64,000 bases of DNA from Candidatus Latescibacterota bacterium (GTDB lineage: Bacteria > Latescibacterota > UBA2968 > GCA-2709665): positions 4,192,001 through 4,256,000 of the forward strand of contig OZ244937.1 of the NCBI GenBank assembly GCA_965222075.1, written 5' to 3'. The notes under the pieces were generated by a model, which worked only from the letters and a program-made list of their open reading frames with translations, made no database searches and was not told the origin of the DNA. Both the position numbers and the translations under genes were made by a program. This document shows, piece by piece, positions 28,565 to 38,000 of this stretch (position 1 is its first letter; each line of letters begins with the position of its first letter).

Positions 28565-28709
28565 TTGAATAACTCCCAGTATAAATCTGTCTTGACGGAT
28601 TTTTGAAATAAAAAAAACGGCAATTCCGCCAATAGAATGGCGACAGCCCTCTATCGGTTTGAGAAGAAATGCCGTTTGGAACGTGCTTAGAAGCTCGTCA
28701 GGGGTGATG

Positions 28710-29690
28710 CTAAAGTTTTTCCACGTCAAATACGCCTTCTTGCGTGTCCACAACTCTTTCGGATCTGGTTTTAAACATGGTACCGGCCGGATAATAGCCT
28801 GCTTTGACATAGGCCAATCCATACGATATACACATCGGCCCCAACAAGGTTCCCGGATCGGTTAGTGATTCACATGCCAATTGCGCCCTGTCCCCAAGAA
28901 CGACTCCCATCTTAGACCCGCCCAGGTCGTACCATTTGCCGTTAATTTCTACTTTCAGGTTTACCCTTTTATCCCTTTCCCTAACACCCTGGATGATTCC
29001 CAGATTGGCTGCTGTTGCCTGGTTGCCAAAATGGGTGGCAAATCCACAGACGCTGTCTCCTAAATAGGATAGATGCGGAAAATTCGCTTCATCCATCATC
29101 AGGACATTTTTCAATTCACCTCGGATTGCATTGTCTCCCTGTTTCTGGTGGCTGCCGATGATGATGTTGCCCCTGAGATAGGCCCCTTGTCTTATTTCAT
29201 TTCTTTTTCCAAAGATGGTTGGCCCTTTTACACCGGCTGTGGGTTCAACGACGGTTTCTTCTCCGACGTAAATGTCCCCACCATCTAAGTAGATAACAGC
29301 CCCTACAACTTTTGCATCCTTTGCAACATAAAGGGTATGGCCGTCTCCATTCAAAGATCCGTGAACAAACAGGGGTTCGCATACCGCGCCTTTTTCTACT
29401 AATACTTTGAATTTTCCAACCCCCGGTACACCGGTTCGTTCTTCTACGTTACCGCTGCCCTCTTCTGAACGGACTTTTTCCGCCAACCACTCTGTTGCAT
29501 ATTTCTCAATCCCGTTCTTTCCGATAATATCAACGACCGATCTGGCTCTGTCTACCAGGGCCCGGTGTTCGAACGGATGTGCCTCAAGATCGAAGAAATT
29601 CTCCGGCCTTAACTCAGGTGGAACCTCTTCAGCATCTAATTCGGTCACTACGATTGGATCTTGTTTTGTCCCTGTGCCTTTGATAGCCAT
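28710..29690 (-). CDS. Left-handed beta-helix (hexapeptide) acyltransferase, GlmU C-terminal-like
   Basis: Hexapeptide repeats; EIRQGAYLRG, ELKN, HLSYLGDS, HFGN..TAANL and KMGVVLGD resemble the acetyltransferase domain of GlmU-like proteins; no N-terminal NTP-transferase domain. Confidence 0.72.
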   Translation of the reverse strand: MAIKGTGTKQDPIVVTELDAEEVPPELRPENFFDLEAHPFEHRALVDRARSVVDIIGKNGIEKYATEWLAEKVRSEEGSGNVEERTGVPGVGKFKVLVEKGAVCEPLFVHGSLNGDGHTLYVAKDAKVVGAVIYLDGGDIYVGEETVVEPTAGVKGPTIFGKRNEIRQGAYLRGNIIIGSHQKQGDNAIRGELKNVLMMDEANFPHLSYLGDSVCGFATHFGNQATAANLGIIQGVRERDKRVNLKVEINGKWYDLGGSKMGVVLGDRAQLACESLTDPGTLLGPMCISYGLAYVKAGYYPAGTMFKTRSERVVDTQEGVFDVEKL

Positions 29691-29693
29691 TTC

Positions 29694-30641
29694 TCAACCC
29701 TTTCTACTTTCTGCGATTTTTGCCAAGGTTTGATCGTGCAACACTTGGGTTCTGCTGACGAGAACGTCAAAAACGGTTTCGTGGTCTTCTGTAGGTTTGG
29801 GTATATTATTTCCATCAAAATCGGTTATAATCAAACCGCTCTGTTGCGCCAATTGAATCCCTGAAAATATATCTACATACGGTTGTTGTCTTGCAAAATA
29901 GACGTCTATCTGTCCTGCCGCAGCTTCGGCAAATGCGTATGGGCCGCCATTTGGATGCAGCATTTTGAAGGCATCGATAACCGGCCTGTATTCATCAATC
30001 AGAGGCAGCATAAATTTGGCGGGTTTTAAGAGGTACGACTCCACACAGGCGTCAGCGATACCAGCAGCGGGTTCACCGTGCCTCTTTCTTCTGTATTCCT
30101 CATCCAATTTTTCTACACTTTCTAATTGGTCACCGCTTAACCTGGCCATAAAAGCGCCGTTGGTGTTGGCAAATGCTACATCTTTGTTAAAGACATCCCC
30201 TGTTACAGAAGTCAGGGCATTGAACTCCGAATCGTACAACGCCAGTGAACTGTATTGCATAAAAGGCAACCCCCTTTTATACAACCAGCTCCCATCGAAG
30301 GGATCGGAAATACCGTATAACTTATCCCCCAGTTTGCCTTCTGTTAAATCAACCCTTCCGGCTTCTTCGGACAATAAAACGACCGGATGAGCACTTTCTT
30401 TCAGCCTTGTAATATAGGCGCCTTCAGCGGCTTCGTCGACACCGAAGATCTCTGCATCCCAGCTCTTGTATTCTCCCTCCCTGGTTCGAATAACCATAGC
30501 ACCGCTCTCTTTGCCCTGCAGGTCTTCCAGAATATCCAGGGTTTCAGCAACAATTGCCAGATTAAGAACGGTTAAGTCATTTACATTACCAATTCTACTA
30601 AACTTCTCCACTCTTTTTTCAAAAAGCTTATCATCATCCAT
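29694..30641 (-). CDS. Inositol monophosphatase/FBPase-fold phosphatase
   Basis: LLSEE, ISDPFDGS (DPxDG motif), AAGQID, YVDIFSG at the WDxAAG position, ITDFDG. ATG at 30641 with a GGAGAGG RBS. Confidence 0.8.
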   Translation of the reverse strand: MDDDKLFEKRVEKFSRIGNVNDLTVLNLAIVAETLDILEDLQGKESGAMVIRTREGEYKSWDAEIFGVDEAAEGAYITRLKESAHPVVLLSEEAGRVDLTEGKLGDKLYGISDPFDGSWLYKRGLPFMQYSSLALYDSEFNALTSVTGDVFNKDVAFANTNGAFMARLSGDQLESVEKLDEEYRRKRHGEPAAGIADACVESYLLKPAKFMLPLIDEYRPVIDAFKMLHPNGGPYAFAEAAAGQIDVYFARQQPYVDIFSGIQLAQQSGLIITDFDGNNIPKPTEDHETVFDVLVSRTQVLHDQTLAKIAESRKG

Positions 30642-30761
30642 TTTTTGTCCTCTCCAGAAAAATATCTTATAAATTGTTGTTTTAAAATTATTTGATTGGA
30701 TATATCCAGCACAAAAGACGCTGCAACATACCACAAATAGGGACGCCATTTCTCGTTACCC

Positions 30762-30790
30762 AGTATACCACATTGGTTCTGAAATGTCAA
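30762..30790 (-). promoter_or_regulatory. Near-consensus sigma70 promoter for the phosphatase cassette
   Basis: Minus strand TTGACA-17 nt-TATACT with an extended TG. Confidence 0.75.
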
Positions 30791-30801
30791 GGCAAAACAT
30801 A

Positions 30802-30830
30802 TTGCGGAATCCCGGTTTGGATGTTATCAT
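30802..30830 (+). promoter_or_regulatory. Divergent promoter for nagA
   Basis: TTGCGG-17 nt-TATCAT with an extended TG. Confidence 0.5.
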
Positions 30831-30902
30831 TCAGGGTGGGCCAAAGCATTGGCGGATAGGCGAAAAGAGCGTATGTAGAAGCTGAGGCTGAAAGGAGAGG
30901 CG

Positions 30903-32072
30903 ATGGTTATTCGGGGCAAGGTTGTTGGGACGGCGGAGCCTGTGACGGTAGAGGTCGAAGGGGCGACGATTTCGGCGGTGGGAGACGGGCCTGCACCGGT
31001 GCAGGCGCTGGGGGAAGAAGACGTCTGGATTTCGCCGGCAATCTTCGATGTGCAGGTCAACGGCGCAGGCGGGATCAGCTACAGCGCTGCGGACTTGACG
31101 GTGGACCGGGTGCTGGAAACACAGGCGTGGGTGTACAAGACAGGGACGGGGCTTTTCTGTCCCACGACGACGACCTCTCCGGTCGAACAGGCGATTGCGG
31201 CGCTGGGCATCTTGGCCAGGGCCTGTGAAGAGGAAAAGACGGCGGATGCGTCTTTTGTCGGGTTCCATATAGAGGGCCCCTATATCGCATCGGAGGATGG
31301 GCCGCGGGGCGCCCATCCCTCAGCGTATATTCGGGATCCGGACTGGGACGAGTTCTGTCGCTACCAGGAGGCAGCGGGAGGGCGGATCAGGATGCTTACG
31401 CTGGCGCCCGAGCGGGAGGGGGCGCTGGCGTTTATCGAGAAGGCCACCGAGTCGGGAGTGATTGTGTCGCTGGGGCATACGGGGGCCAGCCGGGAGCGGG
31501 TGCGGGAGGCGATTGCGGCAGGCGCCCGGATGTCCACACATCTGGGGAACGGGGCGCACGCGATGCTCCCCCGGCACGACAACTATATCTGGGAACAGCT
31601 CGCCGCAGACGACCTCTGGGCGGGGATCATCCCCGACGGACACCACCTGCCTCCGCCGGTGCTGAAGAGTTTTTACCGTGCAAAGCAGAAGGGGCGGATC
31701 TGCCTGGTAAGCGATGTGTCTTCTATCGCCGGGCTACCGCCGGGGGTCTACGACCGAAGCTACGGGAAGGACGAGGTGGAGATTCATCCGGACGGCAAAA
31801 TTTCGTTGGTAGGTACGCCGTACTTAGCAGGCGCGTCTCTCTTTTTAGATCGGGGGATTCCCAATACCACGGCGTACACGGATGCGACGCTGGCGGATGC
31901 GGTGGAGATGGCGACGGCCAATCCGGCGCGGTTGCTGGGCGTGGATGACCGGCTGGGCAGCGTGGAGGTTGGAAAGGAGGCGAGTCTGACGCTGTTTCGG
32001 TGGGAGGAGGGTCAGGCATCGCTTTCGATTGTGGCGACGATTGTGCGGGGGGAGGTTGTTTACCGTGGGTGA
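30903..32072 (+). CDS. nagA: N-acetylglucosamine-6-phosphate deacetylase
   Basis: DVQVNG, GFHIEGPYI, RGAH, LTLAPE, SLGHT, THLGN, DGHH, ATANPARLLG. Confidence 0.88.
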   Translation: MVIRGKVVGTAEPVTVEVEGATISAVGDGPAPVQALGEEDVWISPAIFDVQVNGAGGISYSAADLTVDRVLETQAWVYKTGTGLFCPTTTTSPVEQAIAALGILARACEEEKTADASFVGFHIEGPYIASEDGPRGAHPSAYIRDPDWDEFCRYQEAAGGRIRMLTLAPEREGALAFIEKATESGVIVSLGHTGASRERVREAIAAGARMSTHLGNGAHAMLPRHDNYIWEQLAADDLWAGIIPDGHHLPPPVLKSFYRAKQKGRICLVSDVSSIAGLPPGVYDRSYGKDEVEIHPDGKISLVGTPYLAGASLFLDRGIPNTTAYTDATLADAVEMATANPARLLGVDDRLGSVEVGKEASLTLFRWEEGQASLSIVATIVRGEVVYRG

Positions 32073-32073
32073 G

Positions 32074-32097
32074 AAGGGCACGGCATGCCGTGCCCTT
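32074..32097. repeat. REP-like perfect palindrome
   Basis: AAGGGCACGGCATGCCGTGCCCTT, a 24-bp perfect palindrome between nagA and recD2; on the minus strand it begins GTAAGGGC. Confidence 0.7.
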
Positions 32098-32113
32098 ACG
32101 AAGGTTTCGAGCT

Positions 32114-34279
32114 ATGGAACGCCTTGAGGGGATTGTTGAACGCATCACATTTCAGAGTCCTGAGACTGGCTATACGGTGGCCAAGCTTCAGCCGGAGGGC
32201 CGGGCCGGGGAGCCGGTGACGGTGGTGGGGGAGACGCTGTCTCTGAGTCCGGGTGAGAGTGTTGTGCTGGAGGGTGACTGGACGACGCATGCACAGTACG
32301 GGCGCCAGTTTAAGATTGCCTCGTATCGGACGGTTGCGCCTTCGACGGTGGAAGGGATGCGTAGATACCTCGGGTCGGGGCTGATCAAGGGGATCGGGCC
32401 GGTGACGGCGCGGCGGGTTGTGGACCATTTTGGGGCGGAGACCCTGGATGTGATTGAGAAATCGCCAGAACGGCTGGTGGAGGTGGAGGGGCTGGGGGCC
32501 AGGCGGGCGGAGTGGATCCTCCAGGCCTGGCAGGAGCAGCGGGAGATCCACAATGTGATGCTTTTTCTGCAGTCCCACGATGTGGGGACGGGGTATGCGG
32601 TCAAGATCTGGAAGGCGTACGGCCAGCAGGCGATTTCGTTGATCCAGGAGAATCCTTACCGGCTTTCTAAGGATATCTGGGGCATCGGGTTTCTTACGGC
32701 GGACCAGATTGCGCAGAAGCTGGGCGTTGCGCCTCATTCTGAAAAACGGATCCTGGCCGGCATCCGGCACGTGCTTGATTCTGCAGCGGAGGACAGCGGC
32801 CATGTCTACCTCCCGCTGGAGGAACTGGTGGGGGCCTGTGCGGAGGCGCTGGGTGTGTCGGCCGATCTGATCGGGCCCTGCTTAGCGGCCCTGCGTGAGG
32901 CGGAGGAGGTGATTGTAAAAGAGGACCGGGTTTATATCCCGCCCCTTTACTATGCCGAGAAGGGAACGGCGACGCGGCTTTACCAGTTGTCGAGCATTCA
33001 GCGGATTGAGACAGGGGATATCCCCCGGGAGATAGAAGCGATCGAGCGCCGCGAGGGGGTGCGCTTTGCCCCGCTTCAGAAGGTTGCTCTTCAAAAGGCG
33101 CTGTCCCACAGTGTGTTGATTCTCACTGGCGGTCCGGGGACGGGGAAGACGACGACGATCAAGGGGCTGATCGCTCTGCTGGAGGCCAGAGAGAAGGTGG
33201 TTGCACTGGCGGCGCCCACCGGGCGGGCGGCCAAGCGGCTGTCGGAGGCGACCGGGCGGGCGGCCAAGACGATCCACCGGCTGCTCAAGTTCAGCCCCCG
33301 GCAGATGGCGTTTGAGAAAAACTTCCAGAATCCGCTGGAGATTGACGCGCTGATTGTGGATGAAGTCTCTATGGTGGATACGGTGTTGATGAACAGCCTG
33401 ATGCGGGCGGTTCCGCTGAGCGCTTCGGTGGTCCTGGTAGGCGATGTGGACCAGCTCCCATCGGTAGGTCCGGGCAATGTTTTGAAGGATGCGATTGCCT
33501 CGGGGGTTGTGGAGACGGTGATGTTAAACGAGATTTTTCGGCAGGCGCAGGCCAGCCGGATTGTGGTGAACGCCCACGCGGTTAACGCGGGTGAGTTCCC
33601 CGATATCCGCCATGCGCGGGATTCCGATTTTTTCTTTATCGAGATAGAGGACCCCGGAGAGGTTGCGGAGACGGTCTGCGGCCTGTGCAAGGCGCGGCTG
33701 CCCCGCACGTATGGGTTCGATCCGATCGACGATATTCAGGTGTTGACCCCGATGTACCGGGGTGAGACGGGCGTGGTGCACCTCAACCGGGTGCTTCAGG
33801 AGACGCTGAATCCGAAGGGACAGGAATTGCAGCGGGGGGGGGTGTGTTTCCGGGTGGGGGATAAGGTGATGCAGGTCCGAAACAATTACGACAAGGATGT
33901 CTTTAACGGGGATATTGGCCGTATTACCGGGATTGATGCAATCGAGCAGGTCGTCGGGGTGGCCTTCCCGGAACGGGCGGTGGGCTACGATTTTGCGGAG
34001 TTAGACGAGGTTGTGCTGGCCTATGCGACCAGTGTGCACAAGAGTCAGGGATCGGAGTATCGGGCGGTGATTCTGCCGCTGACCACCCAGCATTATATGA
34101 TGCTTCAGCGCAATCTTCTCTATACCGGGATTACCCGGGCGCGGGATTTCGTGGTGCTTGTGGGCACGGTGAAGGCGCTGGGCATTGCCGTGCGAAACAA
34201 TCAGGTGGCCGAACGCTACACCTCGCTTGCAGAACGCATTCGGGCCGGTGCGGCAGAACCTCAGGAGCCTTCGGTGTGA
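32114..34279 (+). CDS. recD2: ATP-dependent RecD2 DNA helicase
   Basis: YGRQFK, YLGSGLIKGIGP (HhH), ENPY, TGGPGTGKTT, APTGRAA, IVDEVSMVD, VGDVDQLPSVGPG, HKSQGSEY, RNLLYTGITRA. Confidence 0.95.
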   Translation: MERLEGIVERITFQSPETGYTVAKLQPEGRAGEPVTVVGETLSLSPGESVVLEGDWTTHAQYGRQFKIASYRTVAPSTVEGMRRYLGSGLIKGIGPVTARRVVDHFGAETLDVIEKSPERLVEVEGLGARRAEWILQAWQEQREIHNVMLFLQSHDVGTGYAVKIWKAYGQQAISLIQENPYRLSKDIWGIGFLTADQIAQKLGVAPHSEKRILAGIRHVLDSAAEDSGHVYLPLEELVGACAEALGVSADLIGPCLAALREAEEVIVKEDRVYIPPLYYAEKGTATRLYQLSSIQRIETGDIPREIEAIERREGVRFAPLQKVALQKALSHSVLILTGGPGTGKTTTIKGLIALLEAREKVVALAAPTGRAAKRLSEATGRAAKTIHRLLKFSPRQMAFEKNFQNPLEIDALIVDEVSMVDTVLMNSLMRAVPLSASVVLVGDVDQLPSVGPGNVLKDAIASGVVETVMLNEIFRQAQASRIVVNAHAVNAGEFPDIRHARDSDFFFIEIEDPGEVAETVCGLCKARLPRTYGFDPIDDIQVLTPMYRGETGVVHLNRVLQETLNPKGQELQRGGVCFRVGDKVMQVRNNYDKDVFNGDIGRITGIDAIEQVVGVAFPERAVGYDFAELDEVVLAYATSVHKSQGSEYRAVILPLTTQHYMMLQRNLLYTGITRARDFVVLVGTVKALGIAVRNNQVAERYTSLAERIRAGAAEPQEPSV

Positions 34280-34353
34280 GAAGCTGTCTTTGTTCCGGGG
34301 GGGGAGACGGTCTGGAGACAGTGCCTGCCTGTGCGTCTGCACGCAGACAGGCG

Positions 34354-35025
34354 TTAGCCAATCGTCCGGGGTGGGTATTGTTCCGCGGTTCTTCCAAGCA
34401 CCCGGTAGACCGCTTCCGACGCGATTTGGCCCTCGCGGAGGATTTTTATTTTTTCCACCGAGACGTCGACGAGCGTTGACGGGCGGGCATCCGCCGCCGG
34501 TCCGCCGTCTAAGATCAGGTCGACACGGTCGCCAAGCGCTGAGGCCGCTTCTGATGCCGAACGGGCCGGCGGGTCTCCCGACCGGTTTGCGCTTGTGCTG
34601 GTGATGGGGCCGCCGGTGCGGTCCAAAAGGGTCTGGACCGCCGGGGCATCCGATACCCTCAGAGCGATGGTAGACCGTGCGCCCATGAGCCGTTCGGGCA
34701 GACCGGGACGCGCCTGGAAGACGAGGGTCAACGGTCCGGGCCAGAAGGCGTCCATGAGGTCCTGTGCAGTCTGCGGAACTTCCGCTGTCAGGGCATTCAG
34801 GTTTTCAGGGCCGCGGATGAGGAGGATGAGGGCCTTGTTCGCTTCCCGTTCCTTGACCGCAAAAATCCGATTCAGGCCCTCGGTGCTGAAGGGATCGGCG
34901 CCCAGGCCGTAGACGGTTTCGGTGGGATAGACGACGAGGCCGCCTGCGCGAATCTGTTCGGCGGCCACCGCGATGCCGGATGTATCCGTCGGCAGGATGG
35001 GGGTGATTGGTTTACCCGAAGGCAT
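34354..35025 (-). CDS. tsaC: L-threonylcarbamoyladenylate synthase (TsaC/Sua5 N-domain)
   Basis: YPTETVYGLGAD, KxR, FWPGPLT, STSANRSG, PSTLVD. Confidence 0.93.
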   Translation of the reverse strand: MPSGKPITPILPTDTSGIAVAAEQIRAGGLVVYPTETVYGLGADPFSTEGLNRIFAVKEREANKALILLIRGPENLNALTAEVPQTAQDLMDAFWPGPLTLVFQARPGLPERLMGARSTIALRVSDAPAVQTLLDRTGGPITSTSANRSGDPPARSASEAASALGDRVDLILDGGPAADARPSTLVDVSVEKIKILREGQIASEAVYRVLGRTAEQYPPRTIG

Positions 35026-38000
35026 TGGCAAAGAGGACGAAGTCGGCGAATCCCACCCGACCGTCGCTGTCTAAGTCGAACTGGGGATCGGTCGATCCGA
35101 AGGCATTGGCGAAGAGGACGAAGTCGGCGAAGTTGACTTTGCCGTCGCTGTTAAAGTCGGCAGATTTCTCTTCTCCGTTGCCCGACGGCTCGGACCGGGG
35201 AAAAACGACCGTGAGTTCCCGGATGCGGTTGTTGCGGGTATCGGCGATGTAGACAGCGCCGTTGGGACCTATAGACAGGCCGGAAGGCTCGTTCAGGCTG
35301 ATCTGAAGGGCCGGTCCTTCTTCCTGATCGAAGCCCGCAAAGCCAATGCCGGCAACGGTCTGGATCAGGCCGGTGTTGAGGTCGAGCATCCGGATGCGGT
35401 TGTTGCGCGTATCGGCAATGAAGAGGTGCCCTTCGCGGTCGACGGCTACATCCCCCGGGGCATTGAGCTGGGCCAGCACGCCGGGGCCCCCATCGCCCGA
35501 GAACCCTCTCATCCCTGTGCCTGCGACGGTGGTGATGATCCCCTTCCTGTCTACCATCCGCACCCGATGGTTGCTCGTGTCGGCGATAAAGAGGCGCCCC
35601 AGGCTGTCCACGGCCACACCCAGGGGACGGTTCAGCCGGGCCCTTCCGGCGGGGCCGCCATCGCCCGTATCGCCCGCCTGGAAGCTGCCTGCGGCAGTGG
35701 TGACGATTCCCTTCCTGTCTACCATCCGCACCCGATGGTTGAACTGGTCTGCGATCCAGACGTTTCCCCGACCATCCGCGGCGATGCCTGCCGGCAGGTA
35801 CAGGTTGGCCCGGTCGCCCGGTCGCCCGTCGCCTCCAAAGCCGGGCACGCCCCGGCCGACAAAGGCGGCCATCGTGTCGGTGCGCACGATGAGCCGCCGG
35901 ATGACGTGGCCGTTCTGTTCACTGATGAGGAGGTCTCCATTGGGCAGGAGGGCCAACCCCCGGGGTTTGGCCACCCGAGCTTCGGATGCGGGACCGTCAT
36001 TTCCGGTTGAGGCGGTTACGCCGTCGCCGATGAGGGTCTGAATGGCGCCTGTTGCCGCATCGACTCGCCGGATGCGCTGGTTTGCGGAGTCGGCAATATA
36101 GATGTTTCCCGCTGAATCGACGGCGACGGCCTCGGGATGGTCGAGGAGGGCATCGGTTGCGGGGCCCCCGTCTCCTTCAAAGCCTTGATCGGTCCCTGCG
36201 ACGGTTCGAAGGGTGGCCTGTTCCGAGCCGAGGGGCGCCAGGAGGTCCAGGACGATCTGCCCGGTGACTCTCTCTGCCCGGGCCGAGATGACGGCAGAGC
36301 CCGGTGTGCGTCCCACCCGGAACCGGATCTTCGCGCGGCCGTCCTGTACTTCAACGGTATCGCTGCCTACAAAGGCGCCGTCTCCAAGGATGATGCGGAA
36401 GATGATGGCAACATTGTTGACCAGTACGACCTCGTTTTGGACGTTGACCACGCTGGCTTGAATCTCAGTTTGCGCCTGTCCGTTGGCAACAATAGAGGGG
36501 GTGCTCACTTCCAGCAGGATCCGGTTGGGGGGAAGGGGCGGGGTTTCGGTGATGCTCAGGATGCTGTTTGTCGGCACATTCAGGAGCCGCTGTACAATCC
36601 CCCGGGGCCAGCGGACGGTCAGGACATCCACCTGCTCTGCGTCGCCCACACCGAAGGCGGCTGTGAGGGCGTCCTGCGAGAGGTAGGATGTCCCGCCGGT
36701 TATCTCCCGAACCGCGCGCTGGCCATTGTTGTAGAGGATTTCGAAGCGGGTGCAGATGGCGTCCCGGCTGCTCTGGGTGGCTCTTGGGCGTACGATCAGC
36801 CAGTTCCCGTTGGCTTCCTGGTTGCGGTAGAGGCGGTCGGCGCCCTCCTGGATTGCGACGTAGAGGTCGATGCCGCCGTCGCTGTCGAAGTCGGCTAAGG
36901 CGACGCCCCGGCTGTCTGCTTCAACGTTTACTCCCAGATCACCTGCGACCTCCGTAAATTGGGCGCCATCGTTTCGGAAGAGGAGGTTGGGCTGTCCGCT
37001 GTTGGTGGCGTAGAGGTCGAGGTCGCCGTCGTTGTCGATGTCTCCCCAAACCGCCCCCCGGCTGCGCCCGTCCGCAGGTCCGGTAACGTCGAGTTGTCGC
37101 GCTGCGTCCCGGAAGCGCCCTTCCTCATTCAGGTAGAGTCGGTTGCCCTCTCCGAAATAGGCGATGTAGAGGTCGAGGTCGCCGTCGTTGTCGACGTCTC
37201 CCCAGGCCGCTCCAGAGCTGGGGCCGTCTTCGGCAAGGCCGACCTGGTCTGTGGCATCGGTGAAGCGGCCCTCCTCGTTTTGGAAAAACCGGTTGGGGCC
37301 CCTGTTGGCCAGGAAGAGGTCGGGGTCGCCGTCGTTGTCAAAGTCGTTCCAGACAGCCTGTATGCTGCTGCTGGAATCGGCCAGCCCGAGGTCGTCGGCG
37401 GTTTCCACAAACCGGCCCCCCTCGTTTTGGAAAAACCGGTTGGGGCCAAAGTTGGCCACATACAGATCCGGGTCTCCGTCCCGGTCATAGTCTGCCCAGG
37501 AGGCGCCGTAGCCGTCTCCGGGGTCGGCTGTTTCACCTTCCACGGCGGTGAAGACCGAGCCATTGTTCTGGTAGAGCCGGTTGGGCTGTGCAAAGTTGGT
37601 GACATAGAGGTCGAGGTCGCCGTCGCCGTCGTAATCCGCCCAGGCCGCTCCGTTGCCGTCGCCGTCATCGTCCACCCCCACGGCCGCGCCGACTTCGGTG
37701 AAGCGGGTGCCGTCGTTCCGGTAGAGGAGGTTGGGCTGCAGGCTGCGGACCACATAGAGGTCGGGGTCGTCGTCGCCGTCGTAGTCTGCCCAGGCCACGC
37801 CGAAGCCGTCGCCCGGATCGCCCATCCCCAGGCTGTCTCCCACCTCTGCGAAGCCGCCCGGCTTGGGAATCCTGGCAAAGCCCTGCAGGGGGATGGGGAA
37901 AGCGGGTTCAACCGGATCGTTGCTGAGAAGGGTAAGGACAGCCCGCTGGGTGTCTGCCCGTGTGGGCCGGAAGGTGACGGAGAGAGGTGTGGTCTCGCCC

